From an uncultured virus (IMG/VR IMGVR_UViG_3300045131_000274) (Duplodnaviria > Heunggongvirae > Uroviricota > Caudoviricetes): DNA of 20,000 bases. A model generated the notes under the pieces. That model had not been told where the DNA came from, made no database searches, and saw nothing but the letters and a program-made list of their open reading frames with translations. Both the position numbers and the translations under genes were made by a program. The stretch lies in the IMG/VR virus record IMGVR_UViG_3300045131_000274. The stretch is one strand, 5' to 3'. Each line of letters starts with the position of its first letter. The stretch's first letter is position 1. This document shows positions 1-5,546 of this stretch, in pieces.

Positions 1-654
1 CATGACTTTGACGGCCAAGCGGTCGGTTAGCGTTTCGTTCTGAGAAATCAGCTCGTCTACCATTTCCTGGCGGTGGTCTACGGCTGGCGGATCCGCAGGT
101 TTAGGCGCCTCAATCAGCGGCGCTTCTTTCGCTGGCTTGGCTGGCTTGTCTTTCTTTTCGGGCTTGCGCTTTTCGGCAACGTTACCCTTGGGTGTAATGT
201 ATTTCCGGACAGCTGGCGCGCTTTCCCCGCGCATCTTGGCAACGAACGGCGCAGATACGTGTAGCTGGCGAGCAATCTCTGCATTGCTCCAGTCGCCCCA
301 CTCAAAGTCCTCCACAAAAATCATTGTAATTTTGCGCTTGTCTGCGTTGTCCATGGGCTGACCGTGCAGATTATTGGCCGTGCTGCCGTAAAACAATGCA
401 TCCCTTGGGGTGCCGGTGTCTACTTCGCACAGGAAACTTTGAATGCCGATGCGCAGGGCCGCGTGATAGCGGTGAAATCCATCGGATAGCCAGTAATCTG
501 TGCCGTCATAAAACACCCGCATCGGGGGGAAGACTGCTCCGCCTTCCATGTCCGTGGCGTAGCGCATGACCGCCTCTTCTTTAATCGATGCGCGCACCTG
601 GGTGCCGCCGTCCAGCCTGATTAGTTTCAGTTCTAGTTCTTTTCTTTCTAACAT
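1..654 (-). CDS. ParB/Srx-like N-terminal domain protein with HTH (3' end runs off the window)
   Basis: Not in the ORF track; translated by hand. ATG at 654 with AAGGA upstream, open to position 1: MLERKELELKLIRLDGGTQVRASIKEEAVMRYATDMEGGAVFPPMRVFYDGTDYWLSDGFHRYHAA...ANNLHGQPMDNADKRK...WSNAEIARQLHVSAPFVAKMR. DGFHR is the ParB-N motif; SNAEIARQLHVS is HTH-like. Confidence 0.88.
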   Translation of the reverse strand, partial: MLERKELELKLIRLDGGTQVRASIKEEAVMRYATDMEGGAVFPPMRVFYDGTDYWLSDGFHRYHAALRIGIQSFLCEVDTGTPRDALFYGSTANNLHGQPMDNADKRKITMIFVEDFEWGDWSNAEIARQLHVSAPFVAKMRGESAPAVRKYITPKGNVAEKRKPEKKDKPAKPAKEAPLIEAPKPADPPAVDHRQEMVDELISQNETLTDRLAVKVM

Positions 655-663
655 GTCGTTCCT

Positions 664-909
664 TTAAAATGGTGCGTCGAAGCCTATAAATTCTTTGAGT
701 TTTTGCTTGTAATGCAATGCTTTTGCTGCGTCATCCGTGCCCTCTTTGCGGCCGGCTCGCATGCTGTATTTGATGATGTTGCCTTTCAGGTAGCCTATAA
801 ATTCCTGGCGGTTAAGCACAGATTCCATGACGGCCCAGGGCTGGATGCCGATCTTGTGATAGTGGTCGCCACCCACCTGATGCTCATCGGCCGTTGCTTT
901 TTCAATCAT
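664..909 (-). CDS. DUF3310 (SaV-like / T7 gp1.7-related) protein
   Basis: QVGGDHY...IQPW...FIGYLKGNIIKYSMRAGRK..DDAAKALHY matches the DUF3310 signature; GGAG RBS upstream. Confidence 0.88.
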   Translation of the reverse strand: MIEKATADEHQVGGDHYHKIGIQPWAVMESVLNRQEFIGYLKGNIIKYSMRAGRKEGTDDAAKALHYKQKLKEFIGFDAPF

Positions 910-931
910 ATTCTTGCTCCTATATATGTAA

Positions 932-1135
932 TCATCGCTTTAAGCTCCGCACATAAGCAGCAAAACTGCCCATAGTGTCCTTCTCAAACGCTTTAAAGTT
1001 GTCCACCTTTTTGGCCACCTCTTCCAAAGTATCGTTCCTGATCTTGTTGGATATGGGATCAAGTTGTTTGATGATCATCTGCCGCTTGCGCCACCCCAGC
1101 GCCTTCTCCCATATGCTTAATTGTGCTTCGCTCAT
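932..1135 (-). CDS. hypothetical phage protein (MSEAQLSIWEKALGWRKRQ...)
   Basis: Part of ORF 932..1186. The ATG at 1135 is preferred; the C-terminus RNDTLEEVA...FAAYVRSLK looks like other small phage proteins. Confidence 0.65.
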   Translation of the reverse strand: MSEAQLSIWEKALGWRKRQMIIKQLDPISNKIRNDTLEEVAKKVDNFKAFEKDTMGSFAAYVRSLKR

Positions 1136-1289
1136 TGTTTGCCTTTCTGTATTCCAATACTTCGTTGAGTAAACGTTCCATTTCATCAGCTGCCATCAAA
1201 TGAAATGGGCTGATCGGTTTGTGACTTGCCATTGAACGCATCATGCCAATGGTTGTCCTTGCTGTGGTTTCACTAAGCTTTGCCATCAT
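1059..1289 (-). CDS. hypothetical phage protein (MMAKLSETTARTTIGMMRS...)
   Basis: GGAG RBS precedes ATGATG at 1289/1286; overlaps the next gene by about 77 nt. Confidence 0.6.
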   Translation of the reverse strand: MMAKLSETTARTTIGMMRSMASHKPISPFHLMAADEMERLLNEVLEYRKANNERSTIKHMGEGAGVAQAADDHQTT

Positions 1290-1443
1290 CAATCTCCACT
1301 GGCCCGTTAAACATAGCCATGCCCAACTGACCAAGCATGACCGCCTTTAAACGCTCTCGATCTTCTTCTGGGAACTCAGAGGCAACGTCATTCATTATTT
1401 TTAGAATGTCCTGTGCCATTTTTTGTGGTGTGATGGCGGTCAT
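1273..1443 (-). CDS. hypothetical 56-aa protein
   Basis: Below the ORF-track cutoff: MTAITPQKMAQDILKIMNDVASEFPEEDRERLKAVMLGQLGMAMFNGPVEIDDGKA*. ATGA overlap with the upstream stop, AGGGGA RBS, and it fills the gap in the operon. Confidence 0.7.
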   Translation of the reverse strand: MTAITPQKMAQDILKIMNDVASEFPEEDRERLKAVMLGQLGMAMFNGPVEIDDGKA

Positions 1444-1463
1444 GCTTGTCCCCTTGCTCGGAT
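1439..1463. repeat. 25-bp direct repeat, copy 1 (gene junction IRARGQA*/MT)
   Basis: gtcatgcttgtccccttgctcggat, identical at 2443-2467. Confidence 0.95.
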
Positions 1464-1670
1464 TTCATTTGCTACTCCAGTTCTAGGCATACCATTGCTA
1501 TTCCAATTCTCAGCAATGTCGGCACACGCCTCACGCTCATGTTGTGCTATTAGCTTGGCAAAGGCTTCAAGTTCTGGAGTATGAATTATCCAAAAGCCAT
1601 TTTGCTCAGGGTCTACCTTGTCTTTGTCGCACGATGCTCTCAGCATCGCAATGATTTCATCTTTTGTCAT
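1440..1670 (-). CDS. hypothetical protein, EREACA...IRARGQA mini-gene family
   Basis: Start at 1670 (MTKDEII...) by ATGA overlap; paralogue of 1667..1873 and 2444..2671. Confidence 0.8.
   Translation of the reverse strand: MTKDEIIAMLRASCDKDKVDPEQNGFWIIHTPELEAFAKLIAQHEREACADIAENWNSNGMPRTGVANEIRARGQA
1522..1538. repeat. 17-bp direct repeat, copy 1 (encodes EREAC)
   Basis: gcacacgcctcacgctc, identical at 2529-2545. Confidence 0.92.
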
Positions 1671-1873
1671 GCTTGCCCCCTTTGGTCTATTGCCCGATAG
1701 CAAACAGCAACCGCCTCGTCAACAAATTGATTGCCTGTTTTCCATGTGCAAAGTTTTTTGCATTCTGCACGCTCGGCAGAAGCGACAAGGTTGGCAAACT
1801 TGGCAAGAAACTCAGGAGTAGCGTCAAAGCCACCCGCCTCCCGCGTCCATTGTTCAATGTCTTCTCTGTTCAT
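1667..1873 (-). CDS. hypothetical protein, EREACA...RGQA family (divergent)
   Basis: LAKFANLVASAERAEC...AIDQRGQA; ATGA-coupled at both ends, GGAGG RBS. Confidence 0.8.
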   Translation of the reverse strand: MNREDIEQWTREAGGFDATPEFLAKFANLVASAERAECKKLCTWKTGNQFVDEAVAVCYRAIDQRGQA

Positions 1874-2124
1874 TTCGCCTCCAGTTGTTTCTGCGGTAGC
1901 TTGTCAATGAATGCCTCCCCAAACCTTACGCTGTTGGCATCCTCAATAGTCGTGTCGTCAAGCATCGCCTCTTCCATATCGCCGTGACAGTACACACGAA
2001 ACCGCTTGCCTCCGTATGCAATGTCGTACATGGATTCCATGCGCTCAACAGGTTTGTTGCACACCGCACAGATCGGCACGTTATGCAACACCAGTTCGTA
2101 TTTATTTGTGGTGGAAATTCTCAT
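1870..2124 (-). CDS. hypothetical protein, possible Zn-binding (CAVC...YCH)
   Basis: GAGGAGG RBS, ATGA overlaps, CxxC plus CH. Confidence 0.75.
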   Translation of the reverse strand: MRISTTNKYELVLHNVPICAVCNKPVERMESMYDIAYGGKRFRVYCHGDMEEAMLDDTTIEDANSVRFGEAFIDKLPQKQLEAK

Positions 2125-2447
2125 AAAACCTCCTCAAGAATGCGCCACGATTCCAACTTGTTGCCGTTTAAAGTAACCTCAACTGGAATGCCAACCATGT
2201 CTGCACATGAAGTTACCTTGGCTTGCTCCATTAGCTTTGCCACACGACGGCACATCTCGCCCCAATGTTTAGTCTGATCCTCGACCGTCCACTGACAGTG
2301 CTGATCCGGAGTGCGTGTCCATGTGCCATCAAAGTCACCGACACCCCAACCTTTACCGCCTAGCGTGACCGACATACCAAACATTGCACCGTCATAGCCG
2401 CCAAGACCAACGTCAAACTTTTGTATTTTGCCTAGCTCTTTAGTCAT
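2121..2447 (-). CDS. hypothetical phage protein (MTKELGKIQKFDVGLGGY...)
   Basis: Start at 2447 by ATGA overlap with the RGQA junction; Gly/aromatic-rich and globular-looking. Confidence 0.8.
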   Translation of the reverse strand: MTKELGKIQKFDVGLGGYDGAMFGMSVTLGGKGWGVGDFDGTWTRTPDQHCQWTVEDQTKHWGEMCRRVAKLMEQAKVTSCADMVGIPVEVTLNGNKLESWRILEEVL

Positions 2448-2467
2448 GCTTGTCCCCTTGCTCGGAT
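2443..2467. repeat. 25-bp direct repeat, copy 2
   Basis: Identical to 1439-1463. Confidence 0.95.
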
Positions 2468-2671
2468 AGCTTCTGCAATAACTGTTGATGGGTGCGGATA
2501 ACCTACTGCCCACTCGTCTGAAATCTTTGCACACGCCTCACGCTCCTCGGCAACAACCATCTCAACAAGGGTCATCAGGTGCTTGGTACTTACGTGCCAC
2601 GACTTGTACTCTCGGTCTTTGTCTATGGCCTCAGCCAACATGTAGGTAATCTGTTCTGCGTTATAGGTCAT
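2444..2671 (-). CDS. hypothetical protein, EREACA...IRARGQA mini-gene family
   Basis: VAEEREACAKI...AEAIRARGQA; AGGAGG RBS, ATGA overlaps. Confidence 0.8.
   Translation of the reverse strand: MTYNAEQITYMLAEAIDKDREYKSWHVSTKHLMTLVEMVVAEEREACAKISDEWAVGYPHPSTVIAEAIRARGQA
2529..2545. repeat. 17-bp direct repeat, copy 2
   Basis: Identical to 1522-1538. Confidence 0.92.
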
Positions 2672-2895
2672 CTGGGTGCCTCCTGATTTTTGTTTAGAAG
2701 TTTTTCAAAGTATTCGTTTGCATCTTTGACTTCGTACATCAGCTCTACGAACTGCATCAGGCCAGCAAAGTCGCAACGAATCTCGATGTCTGTTATTGGC
2801 AAATCCTGTTGATCTTTTGGAATCAACCCCGCCAATACGGCGTGCGCAACTACGGCGCTAAGCTCTATGCTTGGAAGTTTGTTTTCATTGGTCAT
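2668..2895 (-). CDS. hypothetical protein
   Basis: AAGGAG RBS and ATGA overlaps at both ends. Confidence 0.75.
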   Translation of the reverse strand: MTNENKLPSIELSAVVAHAVLAGLIPKDQQDLPITDIEIRCDFAGLMQFVELMYEVKDANEYFEKLLNKNQEAPR

Positions 2896-3071
2896 GAATT
2901 TTTCTCCTTGTTAAAATACCACTTCCATCTACGCTGCTTGGCAATCAAACTAAGCATTTCTTTCGTATATCTTTCGAGTGCAACTCCCATCATGTTTGCA
3001 ACCTTTACGTCGGTTGCAGACAAAAGAATCTTGCCAACCTTGTCTTGGCCCCTGACCTTACGGACTATCAC
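2892..3071 (-). CDS. hypothetical 59-aa basic protein
   Basis: Below the ORF-track cutoff. GTG start overlapping the upstream TGA: MIVRKVRGQDKVGKILLSATDVKVANMMGVALERYTKEMLSLIAKQRRWKWYFNKEKNS*. Fills the gap exactly. Confidence 0.7.
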   Translation of the reverse strand: MIVRKVRGQDKVGKILLSATDVKVANMMGVALERYTKEMLSLIAKQRRWKWYFNKEKNS

Positions 3072-3415
3072 GCTTGCCCCAGTAACTTCAGACCTCGCTC
3101 CGCCAGCTTATCTTTAATTTCATTAAGACTTCTGCGGCCTAAATTGGGTACTTTTAGTAAATCATTCTCGGTGCATCTAAGCAGCTGGCTGACCGTTCGA
3201 ATGCTCTCCGCCTCCAGGCAAGACCTAGATCTAGCGCTTAGCTCCAAATTGGCAATATAAACATCGGCATTGGCGTCACGCAAAGTCCATTGCTCAATGA
3301 TGTGCCGTCTGCGCTCTAACATCTCCCCTGCAAGGTCATAAGACCTCACAAAACTATGCGGCGAAAGACGCAATATTTCTATTGCAAGTTGGTCCAGTAA
3401 CTCTTCTTTGTTCAT
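3068..3415 (-). CDS. RNA polymerase alpha-subunit C-terminal domain homologue with N-terminal helical extension
   Basis: aa 54-112 IANLELSARSRSCLEAESIRTVSQLLRCTENDLLKVPNLGRRSLNEIKDKLAERGLKL aligns without gaps to RpoA-CTD (E. coli, from memory: [58 protein letters not shown]). No alpha-NTD. Confidence 0.93.
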   Translation of the reverse strand: MNKEELLDQLAIEILRLSPHSFVRSYDLAGEMLERRRHIIEQWTLRDANADVYIANLELSARSRSCLEAESIRTVSQLLRCTENDLLKVPNLGRRSLNEIKDKLAERGLKLLGQA

Positions 3416-3711
3416 GTGTTCTTCTCCTTGAACTTTTCTTCCACTAACACTTTGAAAATAAACGTATTGAGGTGATCCGTCGTCCAGTTAGGCATCTGCT
3501 TGATGATTGCGTTTGTTTCACTGTTGGTCAGGTTCTTCCACCGCTTCTTGGCTGGGCGTGGTTCAAACACAGGCATCCTGGGGTCGGTAAAGAACTCAGG
3601 CTCATCTTTCCATGCTGCCCAGGTAAACAACCAGCGCCACATCATCTGCTCATTGCGGCAGGTGTATTGGTACTGCGCCATGCGTAAACATGCTTCTTGT
3701 CCTGGCTTCAT
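3412..3711 (-). CDS. hypothetical protein with C-terminal WxxLTxxE...KEKNT module
   Basis: GAGGAG RBS, ATGA overlaps; C-terminal module shared with 9294..9569. Confidence 0.78.
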   Translation of the reverse strand: MKPGQEACLRMAQYQYTCRNEQMMWRWLFTWAAWKDEPEFFTDPRMPVFEPRPAKKRWKNLTNSETNAIIKQMPNWTTDHLNTFIFKVLVEEKFKEKNT

Positions 3712-3938
3712 TTGTCACGCTCCTCTAGCATGGCATCGGCCGCTTTATATGCATCTGCTGCCAGTTCGTAACGATTGGGGTGTGAGCCTCCAGCCAACAA
3801 TGCTTGCATAGCTTTGGCTGCAAAATAATCCCGCAGCGACATGCCGTCTGTGTGAATTGAAAAGCCCAGGATCCGCGATTCATCATCGACCATGAACCTG
3901 GGTGTTGGGAATGCTGCGCCGCCTGTTTTCTCTCTCAT
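3708..3938 (-). CDS. conserved small phage protein (GMSLRDYFAAKAMQ family)
   Basis: GGAAFP...GMSLRDYFAAKAMQALL...AYKAADAMLEER is a widespread phage motif of unknown function. Confidence 0.85.
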   Translation of the reverse strand: MREKTGGAAFPTPRFMVDDESRILGFSIHTDGMSLRDYFAAKAMQALLAGGSHPNRYELAADAYKAADAMLEERDK

Positions 3939-4117
3939 GTTGATTCCTTTTTGTTTTCGTTTCTGATTGCCCTGCGCACAATTGTTTCTGTTACCCCAAA
4001 TCTTTCTGCAATTTGTCGGTATGAAAGCCCCTGTTTACGCAGCACGATTGCTCGCCTTACATCTACTGGTGTTGCCGGCCGGCCCGCGCCAATCCTAGCT
4101 CCGCCGTGTTTTGTCAT
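3935..4117 (-). CDS. small helix-turn-helix DNA-binding protein, first gene of the leftward operon
   Basis: GGARIGAGRP arm followed by LRKQGLSYRQIAERFGVTETIVRRAI (Hin/resolvase-type HTH); AAAGGAG RBS. Confidence 0.85.
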   Translation of the reverse strand: MTKHGGARIGAGRPATPVDVRRAIVLRKQGLSYRQIAERFGVTETIVRRAIRNENKKEST

Positions 4118-4143
4118 ACGCTTCTCCTTTAAACTTGAAATCG

Positions 4144-4172
4144 ACTATACACGTATTCAAGATACTTTGCAA
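4144..4172 (-). promoter_or_regulatory. sigma70-like leftward promoter
   Basis: TTGCAA (4172-4167), 17 nt spacer, TATAGT (4149-4144), just upstream of the HTH gene RBS. Confidence 0.75.
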
Positions 4173-4482
4173 CAGGTTGTTCCTGTTTATTTATAACAGG
4201 CAGTACGTATAGCGATAGCAGACCCCCGAGACTCCCGACCTGTACCCTTTGCACAGATATGTGGAAGTCACCAGCCAGTCGAAACCTGCTGCTCGCGGAA
4301 CGTCGTATTCAACTATCGACCGCCCGTGTCGTGGGCCAGACGCTGATTGTCGGTTTGCTTGGTCGTTTTATGCAGTCGCTACGAAACGCTGCGGCGCCGG
4401 GGGTCTATTAAAGCGCCATCGGTTTCTTGAGTACGGCCCCGACATTGGCCTATTAGCTAACGCGCTCTGACGAGTGGTGGCT

Positions 4483-4642
4483 AAAAAGCAAAAAACCCTT
4501 ATTGAAAGATACGAGCTTTAGGCTTGGTTGCCGCATAAGAGCCTGCGTTGACAGGGCATCCTAGCTTTGACGAAGCCCGCTCCTTCAATAAGGGTTCGGG
4601 ATGTCGTTTCAACGAACTACAACGGGTTACCAATCCGTTGAT
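4483..4642 (-). ncRNA. C4-like antisense RNA with leader hairpin
   Basis: 13-bp perfect inverted repeat (4494-4506 / 4584-4596) extended inward by G-U-containing pairs on the minus strand and followed by a U tract; inner stems UAGG/CCUA and CCUG/CAGG; leader hairpin at 4620-4640. Confidence 0.55.
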
Positions 4643-4648
4643 GGATGA

Positions 4649-4679
4649 ATTGTATCAAACAAATGTATAGATTTGTCAA
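4649..4679 (-). promoter_or_regulatory. sigma70-like promoter upstream of the C4-like RNA
   Basis: TTGACA (4679-4674), 19 nt spacer, TACAAT (4654-4649). Near-consensus hexamers but a long spacer that contains the inverted repeat ACAAAT-N6-ATTTGT. Confidence 0.55.
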
Positions 4680-4688
4680 TACCCTATG

Positions 4689-4812
4689 AAAAAATTGTTG
4701 GTGGGCACATGAAGCAGTGTGGGCGCTAAAACCGAACTAAGGAACAACGCGCGGCGCTAACCCGCTTACCACCAACACGACTGAGGACTGGCGCCAATCC
4801 CCATGCGTGTTG
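4689..4812 (-). ncRNA. candidate structured RNA with internal anti-SD segment
   Basis: Hairpin 4773-4812 with G-U pairs on the minus strand; 9-bp closing stem 4696-4704 / 4769-4777 followed by AUUUUUU; GUUGUUCCUU lies inside. Confidence 0.45.
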
Positions 4813-4820
4813 CCCCTGAG

Positions 4821-4848
4821 AAAAAAGCGGCCCCAGTTACGGAGCCGC
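4821..4848 (-). terminator. Rho-independent terminator
   Basis: GCGGCUCC-GUAACU-GGGGCCGC followed by UUUUUU on the minus strand. Confidence 0.85.
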
Positions 4849-4900
4849 AAAGCAATCAAAGGAGAAACGTAAACCAACAAACCAACCAGCCCTCTGGAAT
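4821..4900 (-). ncRNA. candidate ~80-nt anti-RBS small RNA
   Basis: Own promoter candidate, a GU-rich body containing UACGUUUCUCCUUUGA, and an intrinsic terminator. Confidence 0.55.
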
Positions 4901-4906
4901 GATTCC

Positions 4907-4935
4907 ATATTACACACATTTTTTTAAAACTTCAA
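4907..4935 (-). promoter_or_regulatory. sigma70-like promoter embedded in the 3' end of the VRR-NUC gene
   Basis: TTGAAG (4935-4930), 17 nt spacer, TAATAT (4912-4907). Confidence 0.5.
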
Positions 4936-5194
4936 CCGCATCTTCAACAGAATTAACAATAAATAAATTATTACCTGGCCATTCCTCGTGGAACTTCTGT
5001 TCCGCCGCCGTCAGATCGCGGGCCGATGCAGCCTTGCTTCCATCTTTTATTTCAAATAAAAGCGTATGGCCGTTGTAGTAAACCAACAAATCAAACAAGC
5101 CGGCGTGATTGATTGAGCGCACATAGGCACCGCAGTCCCGCAGAAATAGAACTATTTCGTTTTCATTGTCGTCGCGCCTGGCTGCTCGTCGCAT
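4910..5194 (-). CDS. VRR-NUC-like PD-(D/E)XK endonuclease (putative junction resolvase)
   Basis: MRRAARRDDNENEIV...GLFDLLV...LLFEIKDG...LTAAEQKFHEEW...IVNSVEDA; GAGGA RBS before the ATG at 5194. Confidence 0.85.
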   Translation of the reverse strand: MRRAARRDDNENEIVLFLRDCGAYVRSINHAGLFDLLVYYNGHTLLFEIKDGSKAASARDLTAAEQKFHEEWPGNNLFIVNSVEDAVEVLKKCV

Positions 5195-5243
5195 ACAAAA
5201 GTCCTCATGTTGATTAGCGTTTATACCAGATATAAAAAAACTG

Positions 5244-5272
5244 TTGACGTACATGGACCTACCTGTTACATT
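5244..5272 (+). promoter_or_regulatory. sigma70-like rightward promoter
   Basis: TTGACG (5244-5249), 17 nt spacer, TACATT (5267-5272), with extended -10 TGn and an A-tract upstream. Confidence 0.75.
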
Positions 5273-5303
5273 CACACACAGAACAACCAGTCAGGAGAAA
5301 CCA

Positions 5304-5546
5304 ATGGATAAACCGGAACTTCAATCAATGGGCACGGCATATGAGCTGGCCACGTACTTAGTAGATCACGCTATGGACAAAGCAAGCGGCAACGGCATGC
5401 TGGCCTCTCTCGCATTAGGCATGGCATACGCATCACTGATGTGTTCCAACCGTGTCGCAGAAGAGAAAGCCCAGGCCCTGATCAGCGGCGTCTACGAACG
5501 CTCAGCCCGCTTCGATGCAATGGGAGGCTCGCATGAAACTCACTAA
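5304..5546 (+). CDS. hypothetical protein, first gene of the rightward operon
   Basis: AGGAG RBS before ATG 5304 (MDKPELQSM...). Confidence 0.78.
   Translation: MDKPELQSMGTAYELATYLVDHAMDKASGNGMLASLALGMAYASLMCSNRVAEEKAQALISGVYERSARFDAMGGSHETH

Noticed and set aside
73..361. ORF-track entries 73..264, 114..317 and 137..361
   Set aside because: Shadows of the ParB-like gene (1..654, minus), which the track missed because its stop lies outside the window.
1439..2545. Direct repeats as a CRISPR array, att sites or DGR template/variable repeats
   Set aside because: Only two perfect copies about 1 kb apart, inside coding junctions; no regular spacers, no adenine-specific mismatch pattern, and no integrase or reverse transcriptase in the window.
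3068..3415. Host rpoA pseudogene or chromosomal fragment
   Set aside because: Intact, translationally coupled ORF with its own RBS inside a phage operon, with no ribosomal-protein gene neighbours.
4249..4470. 73-aa plus-strand ORF in the control region
   Set aside because: TTG start, no RBS and no recognisable protein features; the region is better explained as structured non-coding sequence.
4856..4871. AAAGGAG on the plus strand read as an RBS for a rightward gene
   Set aside because: No start codon at a suitable distance; the promoter, terminator and G-U pattern all point to a minus-strand RNA.
4200..4900. tRNA or a known self-cleaving ribozyme in the intergenic region
   Set aside because: I could not build a cloverleaf or find hammerhead/twister core motifs by eye; a covariance-model search is still needed.
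5195..5303. Extended starts at 5244 (+) and 5275 (-)
   Set aside because: The TTG at 5244 is the -35 hexamer of the rightward promoter. SD-supported ATGs are at 5304 (+) and 5194 (-).
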